NCBI GenBank assembly: GCA_049513715.1
Contig: JBEKVV010000003.1
Span: forward strand, 416,001 to 480,000
Length of the DNA stretch: 64,000 nt
Direction of reading: 5' to 3'
DNA from: Candidatus Bathyarchaeia archaeon
GTDB lineage: Archaea > Thermoproteota > Bathyarchaeia > 40CM-2-53-6
This document shows positions 47,935-57,983 of the stretch, in pieces. A program made the position numbers and the translations under genes. The notes under the pieces were generated by a model. It did not search any database and was not told the DNA's origin. It saw only the letters and a list, made by a program, of their open reading frames with translations. Every line of letters begins with the position of its first letter. The first letter of the stretch is position 1.

Positions 47935-50129
47935 GGCTCCAGAATCCTCTCCAGAGCGGTTGAGTAAGCCTCTCGGATTGCAGTCAAACTTAGGTTAAAC
48001 ATCCCCGCACGCGATGTAAATTTCAAGGAATCGCCGCCGACTTTTCCAATCACAGCAAAGGGGATTCTATTGTCCGCGAATTTTTCCTTCACCAGGTTTG
48101 TTTTATTTGAGGTGAGTATGAACCTGGAGTTTGATTCGGAGAATAGGGTTTCATCTTCTCTCATTTTCTCGGCAGGCAGATTTCTCAGGTCAATTGTGGC
48201 ACCTTTCTCGCCTGCGATAACCATCTCAGCGAGTGATACTCCCAGACCACCCTTAGAGCAATCATGGCATGCAGTGACAAGCTGCGATTTGATGCAGTCG
48301 AGCACAGCGGCTTGAGTCCTTTTCTCAAGCTCGAAATTCAATGAAGGTGGACCGTTCCCCGTTCCATCTAGAAGGTGGTAGTACTCGGAACCACCCAATT
48401 CTCGTTTGGTTTTCCCTACCGCGAATATTGCTTCTTCATCTTGCTTGAAACCCAATTTCGTGATATGTTCGGGTTTCTCAACCAATCCGAGAACGCTGAT
48501 GACAGGCGAAGATTTTATCGCCTTTTTGGTCACCTCGTCTTGGTTGTAGAAGCTTACTTTACCACCGACGCAGGGCAAAGAGAGAACATTCGCGAAGTCC
48601 GCTATACCTTTCACCGTCATTGAGAAGGCCCCGAAGATCCTCTCGTCGTTCGGATCGCCGAACTGACAATGGTCGAGAAAGGCGATTGGTTCCGCGCCAA
48701 CGGCAACGATGTTGCGACATGCCTCCGCAAGTACACTCGCACCGCCGACGTAAGGGTCCATATCACAAAACCGTGCGTTACCGTCAACTTTGACCGCGGC
48801 GAACTTCCCGTTAGGCAATCTTAGCACAGCTGCATCAGATTCACCAGGTTTGGCAATTGTTCTAATTCCTACCTCATGGTCGTATTGGCTGTAGACCCAT
48901 TCTTTGCTTGCGATTGTCGGAGAACTCAGGAGGTTCAGAAAGAGCGCTTCGATTCCTTGGGAAGGACAAGGCTCAGACCCCTGATTGAAAAAGTGTGGTG
49001 GCTTGCCAATCCTGTGGATGATGGGCGCATTCGCGAGAAAACGAGTTGGAAGGTCGGCAATCACTGTGCCGTAACGAACAATCGACACTTTCCCAGTTGA
49101 TGTGACCGCTGCGATGCGGGCGAAGGACACACCGTATTTTCTCATAATGCCCAGCAGTGTTGGTTCATGCCCTTCCTTCACCACGAGTAGCATCCTCTCT
49201 TGAGATTCCGAGATCATGATTTCAATCGAGTTCATGTCTGATTCGCGAATCGGAATTTCCTCTAAGTAAACCTCTAGGCCAGTGCCGCCTTTGTCGGCTA
49301 TTTCCGAAAGTCCCGTTGCCAGTCCGCCTCCGCCCAGGTCTTTGCAGCCTCGTAGAATTCCGGCTCTGCTTGCTTCCAGCGTTGCTTCAATGATCAATTT
49401 CTTGGTGAAAGGATCAGGTATCTGTACCGCCGACCTTTCTTCTTCAGAATTCGCGGCGAGTGTTCTTGACGCGAAAGTTGCTCCGTGAATTCCGTCGCGT
49501 CCTGTGGACCCGCCTATTAGGTAGACACTGTCCGCCGGGTGTGTCGCCTCTGCGAGCAGCAGCTCTTCCTTCCTGCCCAAGCCTAGGCACGCAACGTCAA
49601 CGAGGCAGTTCCTCTCGAAGCATTCGTCGAATTCAATCTCCCCCGCTACCGTTGGGACGCCGATGCAGTTGCCGTAGTCAGCGATTCCCCTTACCACGTT
49701 CTTCATTATCCATTTGGAGTGATCGCTCTTTGTAATGTCGCCGAACTTTAGGGAATCGAGTAGAGCGATTGGAATACTTCCCATGCAGAGGATGTCGCGG
49801 ACGACGCCTCCTATTCCTGTTGCAGCTCCGCCGTAAGGTTCGATGGCGCTAGGATGGTTGTGGCTTTCAATATGAAACGTCAGAACATAGCCGTCTCCAA
49901 TGTCGACAACGCCGGAATCATAGCCAGGGCCGACTAGGACGCGCGGCCCGGTTGTCGGAAGCTGTGTTAGCAGGGGTTTGGAGGATTTGTAGCTGCAATG
50001 CTCGCTCCATTCTGCGTCAATCAATGCCCACTCGAGTGCATTGGGTTCTCTTCCAAGTTGTTTGCGAGCGTACTGAATTTCATCGGGGGTGAGTGTGGTT
50101 TCGATTTCTCCAACTAGCATTTGGCCCAC
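47922..50129 (-). CDS. purL: FGAM synthase subunit
   Basis: WSEHCSYK, ESHNHPS, SESQERM, YDHEVG. Confidence 0.96.
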   Translation of the reverse strand: MGQMLVGEIETTLTPDEIQYARKQLGREPNALEWALIDAEWSEHCSYKSSKPLLTQLPTTGPRVLVGPGYDSGVVDIGDGYVLTFHIESHNHPSAIEPYGGAATGIGGVVRDILCMGSIPIALLDSLKFGDITKSDHSKWIMKNVVRGIADYGNCIGVPTVAGEIEFDECFERNCLVDVACLGLGRKEELLLAEATHPADSVYLIGGSTGRDGIHGATFASRTLAANSEEERSAVQIPDPFTKKLIIEATLEASRAGILRGCKDLGGGGLATGLSEIADKGGTGLEVYLEEIPIRESDMNSIEIMISESQERMLLVVKEGHEPTLLGIMRKYGVSFARIAAVTSTGKVSIVRYGTVIADLPTRFLANAPIIHRIGKPPHFFNQGSEPCPSQGIEALFLNLLSSPTIASKEWVYSQYDHEVGIRTIAKPGESDAAVLRLPNGKFAAVKVDGNARFCDMDPYVGGASVLAEACRNIVAVGAEPIAFLDHCQFGDPNDERIFGAFSMTVKGIADFANVLSLPCVGGKVSFYNQDEVTKKAIKSSPVISVLGLVEKPEHITKLGFKQDEEAIFAVGKTKRELGGSEYYHLLDGTGNGPPSLNFELEKRTQAAVLDCIKSQLVTACHDCSKGGLGVSLAEMVIAGEKGATIDLRNLPAEKMREDETLFSESNSRFILTSNKTNLVKEKFADNRIPFAVIGKVGGDSLKFTSRAGMFNLSLTAIREAYSTALERILEPWPR

Positions 50130-50782
50130 TCAACCATCGACTCAAACACCTTTAGTCCATCTGTCCCACCTAGTGCGGAATCGCTGGCCCTCTCCGGGTG
50201 GGGCATCATGCCTACAACATTCCCTTTCTCGTTCGAGACGCCGACGATGCCTCGTGCGGTTCCAGTTGGATTTTCCTCATCATACTTCATTACGATTTGA
50301 CCGGCTGCCGATAGGGCATCGAGAAGTTCGTCATCAGCGAAATATCGGCCTTCGTTGTGGGCAATCGGCATCCTGATTTTCGTATCTTTCTTGAAAGTGC
50401 ACGTGAACGCCGAATTATTGGCTTCCACTTTCAGGGCTGTCCATTTGCATACAAACTTGAGGCCAGCGTTACGCAGCAAGGCTCCGGGTAGAAGGCCGGC
50501 TTCAATCAGAATCTGGAACCCATTACATATTCCTAGAACAGGTTTGCCGTCACTAGCCATTTGAATGACGGCTTTCGTTGCTGGTGAATGTGCTGCGATG
50601 ATTCCGGCCCTGAGGTGGTCGCCGAAACTGAACCCTCCGGGGAGAATCACAGCGTCGTAGGAGCCGTCTTTGAAATCATTGTGCCAGACTAGGTTGGCAT
50701 CAATTCGCAGTGACTCTTTGAGAACGTGTACAGTGTCTCGGTCACAGTTACTGCCAGGGAACTCAATTACAGCGACGCGCAT
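50114..50782 (-). CDS. purQ: FGAM synthase glutaminase subunit
   Basis: FPGSNCD, PGGFS, GICNGFQ, MMPHPER. Confidence 0.96.
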   Translation of the reverse strand: MRVAVIEFPGSNCDRDTVHVLKESLRIDANLVWHNDFKDGSYDAVILPGGFSFGDHLRAGIIAAHSPATKAVIQMASDGKPVLGICNGFQILIEAGLLPGALLRNAGLKFVCKWTALKVEANNSAFTCTFKKDTKIRMPIAHNEGRYFADDELLDALSAAGQIVMKYDEENPTGTARGIVGVSNEKGNVVGMMPHPERASDSALGGTDGLKVFESMVEWAKC

Positions 50783-50784
50783 GT

Positions 50785-51072
50785 TTATGGTCTAACTCTG
50801 ACCGTGATCGAATGCGCGACGGGGTTGTAGATTCTCAGGTCATTGCACATAGAGACTGCCGTGTTTCGAGCGTCGTCTGGGTCCGCAGCCTCAATTTTCA
50901 AAGAGAGCAACTTTCCAGTGCGGACTTCCTTGACGGCCTGCAGCCCACTTTTGTGAATCAAATCTCGGATTATCGTCTCTCCTTCGGGATCGCGGGCCTG
51001 CGGTTTGTTGGATATGACTACTTCAACCGTGAACAACGGGTTCACCGCATATCCTCCTGTAGGGTTCCGCAT
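50785..51072 (-). CDS. purS: FGAM synthase subunit (true start likely near 51045)
   Basis: DPEGETI, VRTGK, IYNPV. Confidence 0.9.
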   Translation of the reverse strand: MRNPTGGYAVNPLFTVEVVISNKPQARDPEGETIIRDLIHKSGLQAVKEVRTGKLLSLKIEAADPDDARNTAVSMCNDLRIYNPVAHSITVRVRP

Positions 51073-51751
51073 AGCCCAACTCGAAGACGTGTGGAAGGTC
51101 TTTGCGAAATCTGTCCTTGTCTAGAATCTCCTTCGTCTCCTTATCCCAGAGCCGCCAAGAATCAGGGCTCAGTTCGTCGCCGACAACAAGCTTGCCCTTC
51201 TCATCGCGGCCGAATTCCAATTTGAAATCAACTAGAATAGCTCCGCGCTCATCGAAGAACTTCTCAAGAATAGCTGCCGCCTTGAGCGTGTTGTGCTTGA
51301 TCACTTCAATTTCGTTATCGTTCGCTAGTTTGAAAAGCTTCAGGTGTTGATCAGTGAGCATTGGGTCGTGAAGAGTATCATCTTTCAGGTAAAATTCGAC
51401 TAGTGGAAAAGTGAGTCTATCGCCGTTCTGGAAGTGTTTCCCAATTCCTATAAAGTGACCTGCGGCTCGAAGTCTGCAAACAACTTCAACTGGAATCATT
51501 TCGAGCTTCTTGACGAGGAGCCGGGTTCCGTCAATTTGTCTAATGAACTGGTTTGGAATTCCTCGCTCGTTCAGAATCCCGTACAGTTTGGCGGTGATTG
51601 TGGCGTTGACTCTTCCCTTCCCGCTGAGAATTTCATGTTTCTTCCCGTCACCCGCTGTAATATCGTCGCGGAAGATCAGGACGACTTGCCCCGGATCATC
51701 AGTAGGAGTTACGGTCTTGGTCTTTCCACTGGACAGCACAGAAATTGACAT
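51023..51751 (-). CDS. purC: SAICAR synthase
   Basis: GKTK, FRDDITAGDG, MIPVEVV, DFKLEFG, DKDRFR. Confidence 0.95.
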   Translation of the reverse strand: MSISVLSSGKTKTVTPTDDPGQVVLIFRDDITAGDGKKHEILSGKGRVNATITAKLYGILNERGIPNQFIRQIDGTRLLVKKLEMIPVEVVCRLRAAGHFIGIGKHFQNGDRLTFPLVEFYLKDDTLHDPMLTDQHLKLFKLANDNEIEVIKHNTLKAAAILEKFFDERGAILVDFKLEFGRDEKGKLVVGDELSPDSWRLWDKETKEILDKDRFRKDLPHVFELGYAEPYRRICGEPVVHG

Positions 51752-51959
51752 GTTTCGCTAATTCGCAGATTACTGTAAAAATCGTTTTTAACACGTTCAT
51801 GCACAATTCTTTGCGTCCGTTCTGCTCTGAGTTTTCGATGCCGATTGACATTGCATCACCCGTGTCAATGACTTCCAGTCGGTTTTGCGTCAGTTTTTGT
51901 CGCCCTCATTTCAAGAGTTGGCAGTGAAAACTGGTCTAGGACAGTGCAGCAACCCTGAA

Positions 51960-53567
51960 TTAGTGTTGGAAGTGTCGAATGCCTGTGAACAGCATCGCCA
52001 TTGAGAAGTCATCTGCTGCTTGAATTACTTCTCCGTCGCGCATGGAGCCGCCTGGTTGAATCACGGCGGTTACGCCAACCTTTCCCATCAGGTCTATTGA
52101 ATCTCTGAAGGGAAAGAAAGCATCGGATGCCAAAACTGACCCCTTGACGTTCAAGCCTGCATCTTGCGCTTTCATCAATGCTATTTTGCATGAATCGACC
52201 CGGCTCATCTGGCCAGCCCCAACGCCGACGAGCTGCTCCTTCGTGCAGAGGACTATTGCATTTGACTTGACGTTTTTCACGATGCGCCAAGCGAACAACA
52301 ACGCGTCGTGCTCGTCATGTGACGGTGCGCGCTTTGTGACGACCTTTAATTTCTCCTCATCAAGCAGCAATTCATCGCTGTCTTGGTAGAGTATGCCTCC
52401 ATGGATTCTTCTGAAATTCTTGGTGCGTGTGGAGCTTTTGTTAGAGGTCAGGAGCCTTGACAAATCCAGAATTCGCCTGTTTTTCTTCGTGGCTAGGAGT
52501 CTCAATGCTTCCGGTTCGTATCCGGGCGCTAGGATCAATTCCACGAATTTGCCTTCAAGTAACCTGGCAGTTTCTATGTCGACTTGCTTTGTGAATGCGT
52601 AGACTCCGCCGAACGCCGAAACCGGGTCAGTTTGAAGGGCTCTTCGGCATGATTCTACGAGTGTTTCGGCCTTGCCCACGCCGCACGGGTTTGTGTGTTT
52701 GATAATGATGGTGGCGCACTCTCCGCTAAATTCCCTTGTTAACCTGTAGCCTGCGTCGGCGTCCAAGATGTTCGTGTAACTCAATTCTTTCTCGCCGGCA
52801 ACTTGTTTCGCTGTTGCGATGCAACTGTTTGTCTGTGCGTCTCTGTAGACTGCCGCCTTTTGGTGCGGGTTCTCGCCGTACCTCAAGTCCTTCAGTTTCT
52901 CAAAGCTCATGAGAAGCTTTGCGGGCCCCGGCCATTCACCGCGAATATTCTCAGTTGAGGCGAGTTTCTGGAAAAACATTGAGATCGCAACGTCGTATGA
53001 GGCCGTACGTTCAAAGGCTTTGAGCATCAGCTCAAGTCGTGTTCTCTCAGAAAGTTGGCTGCTAGAATTTCTCAACTCGTTGAGGACTCGCGTATAGTCT
53101 CCAGGGTCGGTAATCACCGCTACGCTCTGGTAGTTTTTTGCTGCAGCCCGTATCATCGTTGGGCCGCCTATGTCTATGTTCTCTATTGCGTTGGGCAGAT
53201 CTTCAGATTGTGAGATGGCTTTTTCGAAGGGGTAAAGGTTCACGACGACCATGTCGATAGGGTTGATGCCCATTTTCTGAATCGTCTCCCTGTCGCTTTT
53301 GCTGTTTCTTCTGAATAGCAAACCAGCGTGAATTTTGGGATGGAGGCTCTTCACGCGCCCGTCCAAAATCTCTGGAAATCCAGTGTAGTCAGCGATTTCG
53401 CGCGCTTTGATTCCGTTCTCGTTTAGGAGCCTAGCCGTTCCGCCCGTTGAGATCAAATCAACTTTGAGATCCTGAAGGCCTTTCGAGAATTCTACTATGC
53501 CTGTTTTGTCGTGTACGCTTAGGAGAGCCGTCTTTACAGGAGAATCCGACATGCCAGACCTATGCAT
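51960..53567 (-). CDS. purH: Bifunctional AICAR formyltransferase / IMP cyclohydrolase
   Basis: STGGT, GRVKSLHP, NIDIGGP, LRYGENPHQ, KHTNPCG, ASDAFFPF. Confidence 0.97.
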   Translation of the reverse strand: MHRSGMSDSPVKTALLSVHDKTGIVEFSKGLQDLKVDLISTGGTARLLNENGIKAREIADYTGFPEILDGRVKSLHPKIHAGLLFRRNSKSDRETIQKMGINPIDMVVVNLYPFEKAISQSEDLPNAIENIDIGGPTMIRAAAKNYQSVAVITDPGDYTRVLNELRNSSSQLSERTRLELMLKAFERTASYDVAISMFFQKLASTENIRGEWPGPAKLLMSFEKLKDLRYGENPHQKAAVYRDAQTNSCIATAKQVAGEKELSYTNILDADAGYRLTREFSGECATIIIKHTNPCGVGKAETLVESCRRALQTDPVSAFGGVYAFTKQVDIETARLLEGKFVELILAPGYEPEALRLLATKKNRRILDLSRLLTSNKSSTRTKNFRRIHGGILYQDSDELLLDEEKLKVVTKRAPSHDEHDALLFAWRIVKNVKSNAIVLCTKEQLVGVGAGQMSRVDSCKIALMKAQDAGLNVKGSVLASDAFFPFRDSIDLMGKVGVTAVIQPGGSMRDGEVIQAADDFSMAMLFTGIRHFQH

Positions 53568-53684
53568 CGATGGGGCCTTTGAAGCTTAGCATTTGCTTTC
53601 GCGCAAATTGGCGGCTCACACAAAGGAGTGGGCGTCAAAGAAAAAACAAAACAGAGATGGAGACTGTCGCGGAACCTCTCACAC

Positions 53685-53780
53685 TTACTTTCCGTGTGCA
53701 GATTTCGCATGCGCCTGCAATTCTTGCTCTGTCTTGAAGAACATCTTGCAGGCTGGGCAAACGTATGTTCCTGTAGACAA
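53685..53780 (-). CDS. 31-aa C2H2 zinc-finger microprotein, absent from ORF track
   Basis: TTG start; MSTGTYVCPACKMFFKTEQELQAHAKSAHGK; T-tract downstream on the minus strand. Confidence 0.8.
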   Translation of the reverse strand: MSTGTYVCPACKMFFKTEQELQAHAKSAHGK

Positions 53781-53876
53781 ACTATTTCACTACAACAAGA
53801 TTAACCGACGACCTATTTGAGTTGATTCCTGTTAGGTTGCAGTTGCCGTTTCGACTAAGGTTCTTGAGGGCAAAAT

Positions 53877-54128
53877 TCAAACCGGAACTGAGCGACTATG
53901 AGTCATGATATGGAAACCGCCGTTTACGGAGTCCGCTGACGTGTCGGCAGTCATTCCGTAAAGTAGCAACAGGGCACCCAACAGCATCAATGGAACGGCG
54001 AAGAGTAAGTTGGGGTAGATCACAACCTGTCTAGGTGGGTCTTGCAGAGTCTTAACCAGCGGCATGGGTGAGGCGACCAGAGCAATCGCTAAGACAATGA
54101 AACCTAGGACTGCCCCGAGTTTGTTCAA
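53877..54128 (-). CDS. Small two-TM membrane protein
   Basis: Two hydrophobic helices. Confidence 0.55.
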   Translation of the reverse strand: MNKLGAVLGFIVLAIALVASPMPLVKTLQDPPRQVVIYPNLLFAVPLMLLGALLLLYGMTADTSADSVNGGFHIMTHSRSVPV

Positions 54129-54478
54129 TTAGCCTTGTACCTCATGGTGTTGGTATGATTGACCACTTTGGGGTGCTGGATAATCTTTAGGGTTTCTGCA
54201 ATTCGCATCCCCGTTGCCGGTCAAATGAATGGTTCCCGGTTTTCTGAGCCATGCTACCAAGCAGATTGGTATAGAGTGATAAGTTGCAAAACCAAATGCT
54301 CAGAAATAATCGCTTTTGCAACCTTCTGTGCCCCGGTTGACTGGTTTTGCAGCAAGACCCTCGATAATTGGGCGTTAGGGGGCATGAACATCTTCTACGC
54401 TTCGATTATTGATTGGAGCTGTTTCAGTTGACTTTAATTCAAAGCCCCTTAGGAGGGCGCCTTTAGAGGCTTTCCGAG

Positions 54479-54739
54479 ATGGGCGCATACGTGGAAGGTT
54501 TTGCCTTCAACGATTTCTGCCAGCGCTGCCAGAGGGTCATGGAACATAAAATTGAGTTTGAAAGCAAGGCGCTTTCAGGTGTCTGTGGCTCATGTGGAGA
54601 AAAGCGCCCGATGACTGGAGCGAACCAGGTCTATTACCCGAAAACCGACCTATGGGTAACCCGTTTCAAAATCGGCAGCATACAGAACGTCGTCTCAGGG
54701 AAACTCCTCGAAGCCCTCAAGCATTCGAGGAAAAACTAG
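54479..54739 (+). CDS. Small zinc-ribbon protein
   Basis: CQRC..CGSC. Confidence 0.65.
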   Translation: MGAYVEGFAFNDFCQRCQRVMEHKIEFESKALSGVCGSCGEKRPMTGANQVYYPKTDLWVTRFKIGSIQNVVSGKLLEALKHSRKN

Positions 54740-55124
54740 AAGTCCAAGTTGCATGCTGGTGATTGAGTCACTTCATGCATGACTGAACTCATTCACTGTC
54801 CAGAAATCCATACCTGAAATCGAACTTCTGTCGAGAGACACCATACACAATTTCCGTCAAACCGCGCGCCATGAGCCGATTTCTTTCCATCGTCCGATAG
54901 AGAATTTGCCGCGAAAAATCGCGCGACGAAAAACGTGCATTGGGATTCGTTGTAACATTCTGGAGTTGTTTGGGAATGCGAACCGATTTCTGTGAACTCG
55001 CGGAAGATTTTGGTGAAGAAATTTTTCGCGCGAAGCGCGAACGCAATGGGGCAACGCTTATATGCGATTTATTTAAGGTTACACGAAAGTCGGGAATTTT
55101 ACCGGAGGACCTTGAGTACAAAAA

Positions 55125-55538
55125 TTGAACTCTAGACCTTACGCTTACAGGCATGTCGTCGCAACGCTCCATGGATGCCGATCAGATCTCCTTGACGACC
55201 AACTTCTCCTCAACACAACAATCAAAGCGATTCACAACGCGAACATGAATCTAGCTAAAACCAAAACGACGAATCCTCTCGTCTACAAAGTTGGCGACGA
55301 CATCATGGGTGGAGGAGTAAGCGTCAATGCCTTGATTACTACCAGCCACCTGACCGTGCACACATCAAGAATGTACCGCACGGTTGAATTCGACTGCGCC
55401 ACCTGCGGCTGCGACAGTAACCCATGGGCAGCACTAGAAAGTTTCAAGAAAGCTCTGAAGTCGACACACGTCACAATGCAATACCAACACGACGAGGCGC
55501 AGAAATCCGTTCTCTCCGTTCCACCACTTAAAGCCTAA
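55125..55538 (+). CDS. speD: Pyruvoyl-dependent AdoMet decarboxylase family proenzyme (divergent)
   Basis: HVVATLHGC, GGVS..LITTSHLTVHT, D..TCG. Confidence 0.7.
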   Translation: MNSRPYAYRHVVATLHGCRSDLLDDQLLLNTTIKAIHNANMNLAKTKTTNPLVYKVGDDIMGGGVSVNALITTSHLTVHTSRMYRTVEFDCATCGCDSNPWAALESFKKALKSTHVTMQYQHDEAQKSVLSVPPLKA

Positions 55539-55663
55539 CTGACCTTTTCTCGCCGCTCTCATATTGTGCACGGCCATTGTTACCTAGTCAGTGCCAACGC
55601 AGCATGCCTGAAGTGGTGACAGTCAATTAGAAAGATTAACTTTAGCCGTGAGCATGGCTGCGA

Positions 55664-55933
55664 TTGGCGACGGTTGAGAAAATGGCCCTACTGAGCGGCC
55701 TAGAGTTCTTATTCGCAGCTGCGATAGTAGGAATTCTACTCTTGGTGGGACTGAAGTCTCGCCGGGAAAGAAGTGGCTTCAACTTCCTACCCTACGTGAT
55801 AATTGGAGCTTTGTTGCTCGCGATCCTGACTCTATCAGGAACGGTGTTTTCTTTGCTTAAACTCGTACTGGCTCTTGGAGCAATAGTGTTTGCTCTTATG
55901 GCATTTGCCGCCTATAGATCAGTCAAAAGCTAA
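55664..55933 (+). CDS. Small 3-TM membrane protein
   Basis: Hydrophobic ORF. Confidence 0.65.
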   Translation: MATVEKMALLSGLEFLFAAAIVGILLLVGLKSRRERSGFNFLPYVIIGALLLAILTLSGTVFSLLKLVLALGAIVFALMAFAAYRSVKS

Positions 55934-56195
55934 GCGTCTTGGTACTCAAGAGCTATTGTTCTCTGCGTTCTTCTTCCTCTTCCCCTGCGCTGGCGAGCTT
56001 AAGTTTTCTAACTGATTTTGACCTCCTTGATGTTTAGCAACACCCGTCAAGAAATACACCTCGTTTTGCGTTAATACGAACTTCTGAAATTCGACCAGGG
56101 ATTTCGAGGCTAAACCATCAGAGTTGTCTTGAGATCTACCTGGAAAGTTTAATTCAGAGAATTTGCGGTAGCAGCAACTGGGCGGTGTACGAAAA

Positions 56196-56714
56196 ATGCA
56201 CGACTCGACCAAGGTACGACATGAAATCTCAACGCTATATGACAAGGACCCACAGGGCTGGAAAGTCTTGGTCGGGAAGGACAGGGCGGGCTTTTTCGAT
56301 GTGATGATTTCACACAAAGACGAAGGCTGGCAGATTAAAGAATACCAGGTGAACCCTTACAAATTCGTTGGCCTCGGTTCAAGGCTTCCAAACACGCCCG
56401 CTCACTCAATCGCAATGGATAATCCCGGCTTCGGGCTTCGTCCTGTTGGCATTGACCAGATGAAGGAACTCGCAGGCCTCATTGATGACCCGAAATCAAT
56501 GAATGACATTCTCATTAGACTCCTCCAAGAGAAACCAACCACATCCCGCGACATCGCTGAGAGTGCGGCCGTCCTCCAGGGTCCAATCCTGCAGTCCAGC
56601 AGTCCCTTGGAAGATCTTTCCACAGCTCACACAAAACTCGATCAGAGACTACGGAAGGAACTGCAAAGGATCGTTCGCAGAGATTTCAGACACACGGTAA
56701 CCCCATACATCTAG
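56196..56714 (+). CDS. Hypothetical protein
   Basis: 172-aa ORF with protein-like composition. Confidence 0.7.
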   Translation: MHDSTKVRHEISTLYDKDPQGWKVLVGKDRAGFFDVMISHKDEGWQIKEYQVNPYKFVGLGSRLPNTPAHSIAMDNPGFGLRPVGIDQMKELAGLIDDPKSMNDILIRLLQEKPTTSRDIAESAAVLQGPILQSSSPLEDLSTAHTKLDQRLRKELQRIVRRDFRHTVTPYI

Positions 56715-56783
56715 AAGATTCAATAGAGTCCTAGCGCGATTTCATCGCGAACGCAAGAACGTCAGCTAAGTAGTGTCTCGACT

Positions 56784-57965
56784 TTGAAAATCAAAGAAAT
56801 CGAAGTGTACCAGCTTGGGGAGCAAGCAACTGGCAGTGCAACATGGGCCGCCAATTGCATTCTACTGAAACTCACCACATCTGATGGGGTGGTGGGTTAC
56901 GGCGAGGCGGTTCCGACTTTGAGAGTTCAGCCTGTGATTCAATCACTGCGTGAAGTTGCGCGAGTCTACGTGGACAAGGATCCTCTTGAGGTAGAGAGGA
57001 ACTGGCATGAGTGGCACAAACACGATTTTTACCTCCCCGTCTCCTTCGAGTCCACTACGGCAGTCAGCGCCTTCGACATAGCGTGCTGGGACATTATCGG
57101 AAAACACTTCGGGGCACCAGTTCACCAATTGATTGGGGGAGCGTTTCGAAAGCAAGTTAGAGTGTACTCGAACGGGTGGTACAACGATTGCGTAACCCCC
57201 GACCAGTTTGCGGAGCGTGCAAAGCAGTTCGCTAGAATGGGCTACACAGGCCTGAAGTTTGATCCATTCGGTGATTACTACGATTACATCGACGAGAAAG
57301 GATTGAAGTTGGCGCATGAGAGAGTGAAAGCCGTCCGGGACGCGACCGGTGGCAAGGTAGAACTTCTAATTGAACATCACGGTAGGTTCAACCCAAACTC
57401 AGCCATCATGATCGCGAAACGGCTTCGAGAGTTCGACCCCCTTTTCATGGAGGAACCTGTTCACCCTGAAAACCTTGAGGGTCTACGAAAGTACAGAGCT
57501 GCGACAGACGTCCGGGTGGCGCTTGGCGAAAGAATTCTTACTAAGGAACAAGTTGTGAATGTTCTTTCCAACAACCTGACAGATTTTCTGCAACCCGACA
57601 TAACCAACATCGGGGGGGTAACGCAGGCGCGCAAAGTTGCCGCAATCGCAGAGGCGTACGGAGTCGAGATCGCCTTCCACAATGCTTTCGGCCCCATTCA
57701 AAACGCTGTAACTATCCAAGTCGACGCCTCGATTCCAAACTTCCTCATCCAAGAATCATTCTACGACGTATTCCCATCTTGGAAACGCCAGCTCGTGAAG
57801 GACGGCTCGAGAATTGAAAACGGCTACGCCACCGTCCCAACCAAGCCTGGGCTAGGTGTGGAAGTGGATGAGAAACTGTTGGAAGAACACAAGGCTGAGG
57901 GTCAGGAGTACTTCAATCCCGACGAGCCAGTTTGGGTGGTTAAGAATACTTGGAAGACGCCGTAA
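56784..57965 (+). CDS. gad: Archaeal gluconate dehydratase (mandelate racemase/enolase superfamily)
   Basis: GYGEAVPTLR, YSNGWY, KFDPFG, IEHHGRF, FHNAFGP, NPDEPVWVVK. Confidence 0.85.
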   Translation: MKIKEIEVYQLGEQATGSATWAANCILLKLTTSDGVVGYGEAVPTLRVQPVIQSLREVARVYVDKDPLEVERNWHEWHKHDFYLPVSFESTTAVSAFDIACWDIIGKHFGAPVHQLIGGAFRKQVRVYSNGWYNDCVTPDQFAERAKQFARMGYTGLKFDPFGDYYDYIDEKGLKLAHERVKAVRDATGGKVELLIEHHGRFNPNSAIMIAKRLREFDPLFMEEPVHPENLEGLRKYRAATDVRVALGERILTKEQVVNVLSNNLTDFLQPDITNIGGVTQARKVAAIAEAYGVEIAFHNAFGPIQNAVTIQVDASIPNFLIQESFYDVFPSWKRQLVKDGSRIENGYATVPTKPGLGVEVDEKLLEEHKAEGQEYFNPDEPVWVVKNTWKTP

Positions 57966-57983
57966 GAGACATGGCCCCATGTT

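Noticed and set aside
51844..51869. Inverted repeat ATTGACA-N12-TGTCAAT between purH and purC
   Set aside because: A single short occurrence with no second copy seen; not enough to call an operator.
53568..53660. ZTP (pfl) riboswitch upstream of purH
   Set aside because: A hairpin (GCTCAC/GTGGGC) exists, but I could not find the conserved ZTP motifs; the adjacent T-tract fits a terminator for the zinc-finger gene.
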